DNA of 38,041 nt. Source: an uncultured Clostridia bacterium (GTDB lineage: Bacteria; Bacillota; Clostridia; Christensenellales; UBA1242). The stretch spans positions 1 to 38,041 of the forward strand of contig CANPWT010000001.1 of NCBI GenBank assembly GCA_947584775.1, written 5' to 3'. Below, piece after piece: positions 1 to 8,589 of this stretch. The translations under genes were made by a program, and so were the position numbers. The notes beneath the pieces were generated by a model that worked only from the letters and a program-made list of their open reading frames with translations, had not been told where the DNA came from and ran no database searches. Position 1 is the first letter of the stretch, and each line of letters opens with the position of its first letter.

Positions 1-249
1 CACTAGTTTGCTCCTTATCCCCACTGCGTAATAAATACTTGTGGGGACCCCATTGTTTCGCTTGTTTGCTGTTAGTTCTTTCCTAAAAGGTTAATAGTTA
101 TATATGTTGAGGGAGCGCAAAGTTCCCCTTTTTGTCATTCCGACCAAGCGTCAGCGCGTGGAGTGAATCTAAAATTAAATTTTATAAGGGTGTAAGTTGC
201 GGTGGCGGGTTTGCTTTACAATTATGTTTTGGGATTATATAATAAGGGT

Positions 250-591
250 ATGGAAGAAATTGTAATTAACAAATCCCGCTTTATTGCTTATAAATTTGAT
301 TTAGTTAGTTTGGCGGATGTGCAAACATATTTAACGCAACTAAAAAAGGAACATAAAAAGGCAACACATATTTGTTATGCGTATGTTTTTAATATTGGCG
401 CAAACTGCGAAAAATGTTCGGACGATAAAGAGCCTAGCGGCACGGCTGGATACCCTATTTTAAATGTGATAAAGAAGAAAAATCTAACCAACACGCTAAT
501 TGCGGTGGTTAGATATTTTGGCGGGGTTAAATTGGGCGCAGGCGGGTTGGTGCGCGCCTACACTAAGGCAAGTACGCTTGTTGCAAATTAA
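250..591 (+). CDS. YigZ/IMPACT-family (UPF0029) protein, N-terminal domain only
   Basis: Track ORF 202..591. Motifs SRFIA, HICYAY, DDKEPSGTAG and VVRYFGGVKLGAGGLVRAY are typical of the YigZ/IMPACT N domain. Start moved to ATG 250 because 215-243 reads as a promoter. No YigZ C-terminal domain is present. Confidence 0.75.
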   Translation: MEEIVINKSRFIAYKFDLVSLADVQTYLTQLKKEHKKATHICYAYVFNIGANCEKCSDDKEPSGTAGYPILNVIKKKNLTNTLIAVVRYFGGVKLGAGGLVRAYTKASTLVAN

Positions 592-1358
592 TCTTTTTCA
601 AAAATAATTGGGTAATACAAATCTGGGTTGTTTAACGCTTTTTCCACGCGTTTGCGTTCCTTTTTCCAAACTTTGTTACGAGATTTATATTCGGCTTCTC
701 TACAATTCTGAGATTTTTCCACATCAAATAAAATTTGGTTGATAAAATTTATAAATTTTTCTTCAATTTTTATTTGGCAAATTTCCACCAACATAGTTGT
801 AAGCAAAGCGTACGATTTTGCATCGGCTTCTTTTTCTGTTTTATTACAAAAATCTTGTATTTCAATTTTTTTATTTATCAGTTTTCTTGTTTTAAAGTTT
901 TTAACCAACAATTTAAGCGTTTTTAAATTATCTAATTCTATATTAAAATTTTCCATCACATTTGGCTTTTTAATATATTGAATTGTGTGCCAAATTTCGT
1001 GGCCAACAGTTTGCAAAAATTCCACAAAATCATATAAAAAAGTCAAGTTTGTTAAACGTAAATCGCCTGGGTTAAAATATATATCAAATTCAGTGATTTT
1101 AACACCTTTTTTAGCATAACCAAAGTTGTCTAAAAATTTTGAAGCGGGGCACATCCAAGCGGAAATGTTTTCATGTGCAATGCTTTTGTCAGTGTGAAAA
1201 ATAAGTTTATAATCATCTAAATTTAAGCCCGCTTTGTTGTAAATATAAGCGGCATAATCGTTTATAAAATTTATGGTTTCATCCTTGCTTGTTGACCCGT
1301 TAAGCATAATGTTATAAAAATAATTATGTAAGTTTTTTAAATTCTTTTGGGCATTCAT
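588..1358 (-). CDS. hypothetical HExxH zinc-metallopeptidase-like protein
   Basis: 256-aa ORF with a single HExxH (VGHEIWHTIQY), preceded by DIYFNPGDLRL and followed by a K/E-rich helical tail. No signal peptide. GC is lower than in neighbouring genes. Its stop overlaps the yigZ-like stop by 4 bp. Confidence 0.5.
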   Translation of the reverse strand: MNAQKNLKNLHNYFYNIMLNGSTSKDETINFINDYAAYIYNKAGLNLDDYKLIFHTDKSIAHENISAWMCPASKFLDNFGYAKKGVKITEFDIYFNPGDLRLTNLTFLYDFVEFLQTVGHEIWHTIQYIKKPNVMENFNIELDNLKTLKLLVKNFKTRKLINKKIEIQDFCNKTEKEADAKSYALLTTMLVEICQIKIEEKFINFINQILFDVEKSQNCREAEYKSRNKVWKKERKRVEKALNNPDLYYPIIFEKD

Positions 1359-1446
1359 GCTGCTATCTTAACTCTAATTTTTTATTTGTCAATAGGCAAA
1401 TTAAAAATATTTGCAAAAAAAATGTGCGTATGCTATAATAAAATTT

Positions 1447-3120
1447 ATGAATATTAAACAAGAAATTGCAAACTGCATAAATTACAAATTAAACGATATA
1501 AATTTTTACGATTATATTATTGAAAGCGTCAGTGCGGATAAAGGGGATTATTCCCTGCCGTGCTTTACTTTTTCTAAAATTTTAAGGGACAACCCTACAA
1601 ATATTGCAAATAACATTATGTCCACACTAAATATGGGCGGAATAATTGAAAGGGCGGAAGTTGTAAACGGATACTTAAACTTTTTTTTAAATAAAGAATA
1701 TGTTGCCAAAAGCGTGCTAAATAACTTTAAACTAAGCAATTTTAAATCTAACGAGGGCGCAGGCAAAACCGTTTTAATAGATTATGGTAGCCCAAACCTT
1801 GCAAAATTTTTGCACATTGGCCATTTAAAAACCCTAATTATTGGGGAAAGTTTGGCAAGGTTGTTTTCGCTTTACGGCTACAATGTTAAAAGGTTAAATT
1901 TTATTGGCGATTACGGCACACCTTTTGGCAAAATTATTGGCGGGATGAATAAATTTGGCAGTTTGGACGAAGTTAAACGCCTTGGCAACGAGGCCTTGCA
2001 AAATTATTATGTAAAATTTAACCAGGCAGAAGCGGCCGACCCCGAACTTAGCGCGCTTGCCCGTAACATATTTAAAAAAATAGAGGATAAAGATAAAGAA
2101 ATTTACCCAATTTATCAATTAATAATATCAATTGGCTTAAAAGAGGCCAAACAAATGTTTAACACGCTGGGCGTTAAGTTTGATGACTACCGTGGGGAAA
2201 TGTATTACAATCAGTTCGTGGGCGAGGTTATAAAAAAACTAAATAGCAAACACTTGCTGATTAACAGCGAGGACGCTAAAATTGTGGATTTGTCTAGTTA
2301 CGACCTAACCCCGGCGGTCATAATAAAATCGGACGGAACAACGCTTTACATCACGCGTGATATTTCAGCGGCAATAAAAAGGCAACAAGAGTACAATTTT
2401 GACAAACTTATTTATGTAACCGATGTGGCTCAGGTGTTGCACTTTAAGCAGTTGTTTAAAATTTGTGAGTTGTTGGGCGTTAAAAATGCGGCGGGCATGG
2501 AGCATGTTCCATATGGCAGGTTCAGTTTGCCAGACGGCAAAATTAGTTCTAGGCGGGGCAAGCAAGCAGTGTTGCTAGATTTAATTGAATATGCTCAAAA
2601 CAAGGCAAAAGAAATTATTAAAGATAGAACATTTTCAATAGAAAAGCCAGCGGATGTGGTTAACAAAGTTGCAAGGGCGGTGCTAAATTATAGCGTTTTA
2701 AAAGTGGAACGCAACAAGGACTGCGTTTTCGATATGGAAAAGGCCTTTTCCTTTGACGGGGAAACTGCGCCATATATGCAATACACTTACACAAGGCTAG
2801 AAAGCATTTTAAGGAAATATCAACCAACACGCGCCCTGGCAGATTATTCGTGCTTTGATGTGGACGCGTTTGACCTTGTTAAAATGATAAACGATTTTTC
2901 GTCCACGCTTACAATTAGTTTACAAAAGCGTGACACTAGCATAATTTGTAAAAAACTAATGGACATGTGCAAAACATTTAACCATTTTTACACATCAATT
3001 AAAATTTTAGACGATAACCCCAAAACCACCAAGGCCAAAATTAACCTTGTTAAGGCGCTTAAAGATACGCTTTCGCTTGGCTTTAACCTTGTTTGCATAG
3101 ATAGTTTAAAAGAAATGTAA
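1447..3120 (+). CDS. argS: arginine--tRNA ligase
   Basis: Track ORF 1411..3120. Start moved to ATG 1447 (MNIKQEI) because 1411-1439 is a promoter. Class I HIGH motif (LHIGHLKT), ArgRS-like core and a helical anticodon-binding C-terminus. Confidence 0.93.
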   Translation: MNIKQEIANCINYKLNDINFYDYIIESVSADKGDYSLPCFTFSKILRDNPTNIANNIMSTLNMGGIIERAEVVNGYLNFFLNKEYVAKSVLNNFKLSNFKSNEGAGKTVLIDYGSPNLAKFLHIGHLKTLIIGESLARLFSLYGYNVKRLNFIGDYGTPFGKIIGGMNKFGSLDEVKRLGNEALQNYYVKFNQAEAADPELSALARNIFKKIEDKDKEIYPIYQLIISIGLKEAKQMFNTLGVKFDDYRGEMYYNQFVGEVIKKLNSKHLLINSEDAKIVDLSSYDLTPAVIIKSDGTTLYITRDISAAIKRQQEYNFDKLIYVTDVAQVLHFKQLFKICELLGVKNAAGMEHVPYGRFSLPDGKISSRRGKQAVLLDLIEYAQNKAKEIIKDRTFSIEKPADVVNKVARAVLNYSVLKVERNKDCVFDMEKAFSFDGETAPYMQYTYTRLESILRKYQPTRALADYSCFDVDAFDLVKMINDFSSTLTISLQKRDTSIICKKLMDMCKTFNHFYTSIKILDDNPKTTKAKINLVKALKDTLSLGFNLVCIDSLKEM

Positions 3121-3233
3121 AAATTTTGTAAAAATATTAATTTTTTAGTAAAATTTTAACTAAATTTGTAATAAATTAAAAATCCTTTAAATAAATTAGT
3201 TTAACTTGTCTATAATTCATTTGGAGGATTTTT

Positions 3234-3584
3234 TTGTTTAAAAAACTTGCCCTTTTAAAAAAATATAAGTTATCGCTTTTAAACGATTATGCCAAGGTTA
3301 AGTTAATTTTGTTTAAACTAAACAATTTTTGCACTGACGAGACCATGTTAAAAATTAAGCAAAAAGCAACAAATTTAAATAAAATTTATTATTTAATCTT
3401 TTTTAAATTAGGCGTATTGGATTATAGTTTTTTGCTGTTTGAAGAGGATTTAAAAAAGGTTAAACTAACACAAAATTTGCCCCCAGATTGCAACGCCATT
3501 TTGTTAAAGGCAGAGCAAAATTTAAAGGAAGTTATTAAAAATTTTAATTCGGTTGAACAGTTTTATTTGTTAAACTACATTTAG
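3234..3584 (+). CDS. hypothetical small helical protein
   Basis: 116 aa. TTG start lies 6 nt after GGAGG (3223-3227). K/L/N-rich with no recognisable motif and low GC. Confidence 0.5.
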   Translation: MFKKLALLKKYKLSLLNDYAKVKLILFKLNNFCTDETMLKIKQKATNLNKIYYLIFFKLGVLDYSFLLFEEDLKKVKLTQNLPPDCNAILLKAEQNLKEVIKNFNSVEQFYLLNYI

Positions 3585-3615
3585 CAAAATTTATAAAATT
3601 TTACTATATAATTGT

Positions 3616-4092
3616 ATGGTAAAATATAATAGAGTTTTAGCGGCAAAATACGCGCAAACTTATGCAATTAAACCCAACCCAAAATATTATTTTTTTGACA
3701 CCGTTGGCGGGGATTGCACCAACTTTATTTCGCAATGTTTGTATGCGGGCGGTTGCAGCATGAATTACAATAAATATTATGGTTGGTTTTATATTAATTC
3801 TAATTCGCGTTCGCCAAGTTGGACTAGTGTGAATTATTTAAAACGCTTTTTGCTATCTAATTCAAGCCCGGGGCCGGTTGCAAAAATTTGCCCAATAAAT
3901 GAATTGGAAATTGGCGATATTATTCAGTTAAGGCAAACGGAAAACGATTTTAACCACAGTTTAATTATAACCAAAATTGAAGACGGCAACATCTTTGTTT
4001 GCGCGCACTCACTCCCTGCGTTAAATAAACCACTTAGCGAATATAATTACATCGAGGCGATAGGGCTGCATATTTTGGGGTATAATTTGTAA
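3616..4092 (+). CDS. putative amidase-domain protein (Amidase_6/NlpC-P60-like Cys-His fold)
   Basis: YNRVLAAKYAQTYA...GGDCTNFISQCLYAGG...SPSWTSVNYL...GDIIQL...NHSLIIT matches the pattern I recall for the 'putative amidase domain' family. No signal peptide. Confidence 0.7.
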   Translation: MVKYNRVLAAKYAQTYAIKPNPKYYFFDTVGGDCTNFISQCLYAGGCSMNYNKYYGWFYINSNSRSPSWTSVNYLKRFLLSNSSPGPVAKICPINELEIGDIIQLRQTENDFNHSLIITKIEDGNIFVCAHSLPALNKPLSEYNYIEAIGLHILGYNL

Positions 4093-4098
4093 AATTGA

Positions 4099-4127
4099 TT
4101 GACAAATTTTTAAATCTGTGCTACATT
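4099..4127 (+). promoter_or_regulatory. sigma-70-type promoter of the T-box/aspS-asnS operon
   Basis: TTGACA (4099-4104), 17 nt, then TGcTACATT (-10 at 4122-4127). Confidence 0.7.
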
Positions 4128-4133
4128 GAAAGC

Positions 4134-4345
4134 AAGATAATGACGATGGAGTAACCACAAAACGGGCTCAAAGTGAGTTAAGGATAGTGCGAACTTAACA
4201 GTTCCCTTGTGGCGAAAGACACATCCGAGTCTTACGCCTTTTAGGCAATAGTTTTGTAAAGTGGCAGAGCAATCTGCAAATTAGGTGGCACCGCGGTGAA
4301 GGTTTCATCGTCCTAATGCGTTAAGCGTTAGGTTTTTTGTTTTTT
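4134..4345 (+). promoter_or_regulatory. T-box riboswitch leader, Asp specifier (GAC)
   Basis: GA/K-turn-like TGACGATGGAGTA. Specifier loop GCGAAAGACA with GAC at 4218-4220. Conserved T-box AAATTAGGTGGCACCGCG at 4278-4296, where UGGC pairs with a GCCA 3' end. ATTAGG (4280-4285) can pair alternatively with CCTAAT (4312-4317), the 5' arm of the terminator. Confidence 0.88.
4312..4345 (+). terminator. T-box-controlled intrinsic terminator
   Basis: Stem CCTAATGC/GCGTTAGG (one G-U pair), 5-nt loop, then TTTTTTGTTTTTT. Confidence 0.85.
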
Positions 4346-4356
4346 AGGAGGGATTT

Positions 4357-6093
4357 ATGAACATAATGCCAAACAAATATCGCACAATAGATTGTGGCAG
4401 TTTAAGGCTTAACAACGTTTTTGAAAAACACACTCTTTCTGGCTTTGTAGATGCAATTAGAAAACTTGGCGGAATAACCTTTGTTGTTTTGCGAGATTTT
4501 TACGGCAAAACTCAGGTTGTGTTGCCTGAAAACATTAATTGCGAGTTAAATAAAGAAGATGTTATATGCGTAAAAGGGGAAGTGCGGGAGCGTTCTAGCA
4601 AAAACCCAAATATGCCAACCGGAGATATAGAGTTGGTTGCATCTAAAGTGACCATGCTTGGCAAAAACGAAAATGTTTTGCCGTTTGAAATTAAGCAAAG
4701 CCAGGACGTTAACGAGGATTTACGTCTAAAATATAGATATTTAGACCTGCGTGCGGACTACAATAAAAATATGCTAAAACTGCGTAGCGACCTTATGTTG
4801 TTTGTGCGCAATTTTATGAACAACCTTGGCTTTTTGGAAGTGCAAACACCAATTCTTACCGCTTCCAGCCCAGAAGGCGCGCGGGACTTTTTAGTGCCAT
4901 CCCGCCTAAACCCGGGCAAGTTTTACGCCTTGCCACAAGCCCCACAGCAATTTAAACAACTGCTTATGACAAGCGGCGTAGATAAATATTTCCAAATTGC
5001 GCCATGTTTTAGGGATGAGGATGCGCGCGCGGATAGGTCTCCAACCGAATTCTATCAAATAGATATGGAAATGAGTTTTGCCACTCAAGAGGAAGTGTTT
5101 AGCGTTATAGAAAGTTTGTATGCTAGCATTTTCGAACGCTTTGCCGGCAAGCGCCCAGCAACCCCATTTAAAAGGCTTACTTATGCAGACGCCATGCGCG
5201 ATTATTGCTCGGACAAGCCCGATCTTAGAAATCCGCTTAAAGTTTACGATGTAACCGAAATTTTATCAAACTGCGAATTTAATGCTTTTAAGGGCAATCA
5301 AATAAAGGCAATTAAGGCAAATTGTGGCGATAAGGGCAGAAAATTTTACGATGCACTTACCGAATTTTTAAAATCTAGGGAGGCAAAGGGCTTGGCATAT
5401 GTGCGCGTGGCCGAAAATGGCGAATTGGAAACGGGCATTGCTAAATATGTTTCTCAACAGGAAAAACTTGCGCTTAAAAACCTATTAAAATTTAGCGCGG
5501 GGGACACAATATTCTTTGTGGCAGACAATAAGGAGAAAGTTATAAAATTTGCCGATGTTTTGCGTAACGAACTTGGCAAAAAACTAAATTTAATTGACGA
5601 AAACGAATTTAATTTTGTTTGGATTGTGGATTTTCCATTTTTCGAACTTGACGATGAGGGCAAAATTGCCTTTTCGCACAATCCGTTTAGCCTTCCTCAG
5701 CCAAGCCTGGAAGAGGTTAAGGCGGACCCACTAAATGCAAAAGCCTATCAGTACGATTTGGTTATAAACGGCTACGAAAGTTTGTCTGGCGCGGTTAGAA
5801 ACCATAGCCGCGAACTTATGGTGGAATTGTTTAAAATTGCAGGCTATGATAAATCGGTTGTGGAAAACAAATTCCCTGCGCTATACAACGCCTTTTCGTA
5901 TGGCGCGCCACCACATTGCGGGGCGGGTGCGGGCTTTGATAGGCTTATGATGTTGTTAACCCATAACGAGTTTATTCGCGATGTTATTGCCTTCCCAATG
6001 AACAAAAATGGTTGCGACCCATTAACCAACGCGCCAAACACAGTGGACGAAAAAGCGCTTAGAGATGTCCACATACAATTATTAAAAGAATAG
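4357..6093 (+). CDS. aspS: aspartate--tRNA ligase (bacterial type)
   Basis: AGGAGGG SD at 4346-4352. Class II motifs FRDEDARADR, PEGARDFLVPSR and GAGAGFDRLMM. 578 aa. Confidence 0.95.
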   Translation: MNIMPNKYRTIDCGSLRLNNVFEKHTLSGFVDAIRKLGGITFVVLRDFYGKTQVVLPENINCELNKEDVICVKGEVRERSSKNPNMPTGDIELVASKVTMLGKNENVLPFEIKQSQDVNEDLRLKYRYLDLRADYNKNMLKLRSDLMLFVRNFMNNLGFLEVQTPILTASSPEGARDFLVPSRLNPGKFYALPQAPQQFKQLLMTSGVDKYFQIAPCFRDEDARADRSPTEFYQIDMEMSFATQEEVFSVIESLYASIFERFAGKRPATPFKRLTYADAMRDYCSDKPDLRNPLKVYDVTEILSNCEFNAFKGNQIKAIKANCGDKGRKFYDALTEFLKSREAKGLAYVRVAENGELETGIAKYVSQQEKLALKNLLKFSAGDTIFFVADNKEKVIKFADVLRNELGKKLNLIDENEFNFVWIVDFPFFELDDEGKIAFSHNPFSLPQPSLEEVKADPLNAKAYQYDLVINGYESLSGAVRNHSRELMVELFKIAGYDKSVVENKFPALYNAFSYGAPPHCGAGAGFDRLMMLLTHNEFIRDVIAFPMNKNGCDPLTNAPNTVDEKALRDVHIQLLKE

Positions 6094-6101
6094 GAGAGTT
6101 T

Positions 6102-7487
6102 ATGAAAAGGGAAGAAATACGAGATTTACACAAAACTTACACTCAGTTTGCAAACAAAACCATAACCGTTTGCGGCTGGGTAAGAACAATTAGAGATAGT
6201 AAAAACATTGCTTTTATTGAACTAAATGACGGCGCTTTTAAAAGCGTGCAAATTGTTGTGGAAAAAGATAAAATTAAAAACTACGACGAGGTTGTTAAAC
6301 AAAATGTTGGCGCGTCAATCATGGCAGAGGGCAAGGTTGTTTTAACACCAAACGCACAGCAAGCATTTGAAATAAATGCAAGTGCGGTTAATGTGCTTGG
6401 CGAGTGTGCAACCGATTACCCACTTCAAAAAAAGCGCCACACGGTAGAGTTTTTGCGTTCAATCCCAACCATACGTGCGCGTGGCAACCTGTTTAATGCT
6501 GTGTTCAGAATAAGGTCGGTTGCAGCCTTTATGATTCATCAATTTTTCCATGACCGCAATTTTGTGTATATTCACACCCCAATTATAACCTCTAACGATT
6601 GCGAGGGAGCGGGTGAAATGTTCCAGGTGACCACGCTAGATTTAAACAAAGTGGCATCAAGTGGCAAAGTAGATTATAGTAAGGATTTCTTTAACAAAAA
6701 AGTATCATTAACCGTGTCTGGGCAGTTGCATGAGGAGTGCTTAACTCACGCCTTTGGCAAAACTTACACCTTTGGCCCAACTTTTAGGGCGGAAAATTCT
6801 AACACCACTCGCCACGCGGCCGAGTTTTGGATGATGGAACCAGAAATGTGCTTTTGCGATTTAGACGAACTTATGAACAACGAAGAAGAAATGATTAAAT
6901 ATGTTATAACGCATGTTATGGACGAGTGTAAGGACGAATTAGAATTCTTAAACAAATTTGTAGATACCGGCCTAATTGAAAGGTTAAAAAATATTGTGGA
7001 AAACGATTTTGTCCGCCTAGATTACACCGAAGCCATCAAAATGTTGGAAAAAGTTAAAGATAGATTTACTTTCCCGGTTAAATGGGGAGTAGATTTACAA
7101 AGCGAACACGAGCGATATATCACCGAGGAAATTTATAAAAAGCCAGTGTTCTTAAAGAATTATCCAAAAGATATTAAAGCCTTTTATATGCGTCAAAACG
7201 ATGACGGCAAAACAGTTGCTGCGGTGGATTTACTTGTGCCTGGCATAGGCGAACTTATTGGCGGCAGCCAGCGTGAAGAAAGGCTAGATAAATTAACCAG
7301 CCGCATAAAAGAGTTGGGCTTAAAAGAACAAGACTACGCTTGGTATTTAGATACCCGCAGATATGGCACAAACGTTCACTCGGGCTACGGCCTTGGTTTT
7401 GAAAGGCTAGTTATGTATTTAACAGGCATTTCAAACATCCGTGATGTGGAAATTTTTCCACGCACGGTGGGCGGAATTATTGGCTAA
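6102..7487 (+). CDS. asnS: asparagine--tRNA ligase
   Basis: GGAGAG SD, 8 nt after the aspS stop. FRAENSNTTRHAAEFWMMEPE and GYGLGFERLVMY. 461 aa. Confidence 0.95.
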   Translation: MKREEIRDLHKTYTQFANKTITVCGWVRTIRDSKNIAFIELNDGAFKSVQIVVEKDKIKNYDEVVKQNVGASIMAEGKVVLTPNAQQAFEINASAVNVLGECATDYPLQKKRHTVEFLRSIPTIRARGNLFNAVFRIRSVAAFMIHQFFHDRNFVYIHTPIITSNDCEGAGEMFQVTTLDLNKVASSGKVDYSKDFFNKKVSLTVSGQLHEECLTHAFGKTYTFGPTFRAENSNTTRHAAEFWMMEPEMCFCDLDELMNNEEEMIKYVITHVMDECKDELEFLNKFVDTGLIERLKNIVENDFVRLDYTEAIKMLEKVKDRFTFPVKWGVDLQSEHERYITEEIYKKPVFLKNYPKDIKAFYMRQNDDGKTVAAVDLLVPGIGELIGGSQREERLDKLTSRIKELGLKEQDYAWYLDTRRYGTNVHSGYGLGFERLVMYLTGISNIRDVEIFPRTVGGIIG

Positions 7488-7539
7488 AACCACTCTCGCC
7501 AAATTAGAGTTGACGTTTTAAAAAGTTTTAAACAAGCAA

Positions 7540-7570
7540 AAATCCCAAATGCCTGGGATTTTTTTGTTTT
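7540..7570 (+). terminator. intrinsic terminator after asnS
   Basis: Stem ATCCCA/TGGGAT, 6-nt loop, T-run. An A-run lies upstream. Confidence 0.8.
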
Positions 7571-7778
7571 TCTCTAATTAAAATTTAGGGAGGATTCTAC
7601 AAATTTAAAAATGTCCAAAATTGCAATTTTTTACAATAAGGCGGGCAAAAACGCATACAAAATGCCCTAAAATATCTTATATTCTAATTTTAGTAGAATT
7701 TAAAAAAGTTTTTCTCTCATTTAAAGCGGGGTCTAGTTTTGCGTTTTTTGGGTTTAGAGAATATTTAGGCAGTTTCCC

Positions 7779-7807
7779 TTGTAAAAAATAGTATGGGCAA
7801 GTAAAAT
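7779..7807 (+). promoter_or_regulatory. promoter abutting ATG 7813 (predicted leaderless)
   Basis: TTGTAA (7779-7784), 17 nt, TAAAAT (7802-7807). The ATG follows 5 nt later with no SD. Confidence 0.6.
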
Positions 7808-7812
7808 ATTTT

Positions 7813-8589
7813 ATGACAATGAAAAATCAAAAAATTGTCTATTACGACGACGAACTTAACGATGAGTTTTCTCGCGCCAATATTAAGCCTAAAAAGATAG
7901 ATGCAAAATACAAATATTTGCGTGAGGGGCTACTAAATAAGATTTGGCAATTTTTTGTTTTACGAATTGTTGTAACGCCTTTTGCTTGGCTTTATATGAA
8001 AATTAAATTTAGGCATAAAATTGTTAACAAAAAGGTGTTAAAGGTTAAAACCGGCTTCTTCATTTATGGCAATCACACTCAACCATTTGCTGATGCCATT
8101 GTGCCACATCTGCTAACACTGCCCAAAACTGCGTATCTAATTGTACATCCAAGCAATGTTAGCCAGCCCGTTGTGGGTCGCCTTACCCCATATTTGGGTG
8201 CAATACCTCTGCCAGGGGATGTTGCAAGCACAAAAAACTTTATAAGTTGCATCAACAAAAGGATTGCTCAAAAGCATGGGGTTACAATCTACCCCGAAGC
8301 GCACATTTGGCCATACTACACCGGCATAAGGCCATTTAAAGAAACAAGTTTTAATTATCCGGTAAAACTTAAAGTTCCCGCTTTCTGCTTTACCAACACT
8401 TATCAAAAGCGCAAATTTTCTTCTAGGCCTAAAATTGTAACTTATGTGGACGGCCCCTTTTACCCAAACCCAAGTTTGCCAATAAAAGAGCAAGAAAAAG
8501 ATTTACGCAACCAAATTTACAACTGCATGAAAGAAAGAAGCAAGTTAAGTAATTGCGAGTATATTAAATACATAAAACGAGGAGAGTAA
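7813..8589 (+). CDS. lysophospholipid/1-acyl-glycerol-3-phosphate acyltransferase-family protein (PlsC-like)
   Basis: GNHTQPFAD (H-x-D acyltransferase block, atypical spacing), IYPEAHIW (FPEG-like block) and an N-terminal hydrophobic helix. Confidence 0.65.
   Translation: MTMKNQKIVYYDDELNDEFSRANIKPKKIDAKYKYLREGLLNKIWQFFVLRIVVTPFAWLYMKIKFRHKIVNKKVLKVKTGFFIYGNHTQPFADAIVPHLLTLPKTAYLIVHPSNVSQPVVGRLTPYLGAIPLPGDVASTKNFISCINKRIAQKHGVTIYPEAHIWPYYTGIRPFKETSFNYPVKLKVPAFCFTNTYQKRKFSSRPKIVTYVDGPFYPNPSLPIKEQEKDLRNQIYNCMKERSKLSNCEYIKYIKRGE

Noticed and set aside
1411-1446. N-terminal extensions offered by the ORF track (starts at 202, 1411, 16356, 18093, 18175, 21923, 28136 and 29089).
   Set aside because: The extensions use TTG/GTG starts, translate AT-rich promoter DNA, and often contain the -35/-10 boxes themselves. 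Internal ATGs give canonical N-termini, each with an SD or a promoter-abutting context.
3585-3615. Leaderless promoter for the amidase-like gene (ATG 3616). The same was considered for ATG 32783 and ATG 37078.
   Set aside because: Candidate -10 hexamers (TACTAT/TATAAT near 3602-3612, TATATT at 37090-37085) have the wrong spacing or no -35 or TG extension. Nothing plausible lies upstream of 32783. These were left unassigned rather than added to the leaderless set.
7611-7670. 19-codon ORF (MSKIAIFYNKAGKNAYKMP) downstream of a GGGAGGA motif.
   Set aside because: The SD-to-ATG spacing is about 16 nt, which is too long. There is no promoter and nothing to indicate translation.
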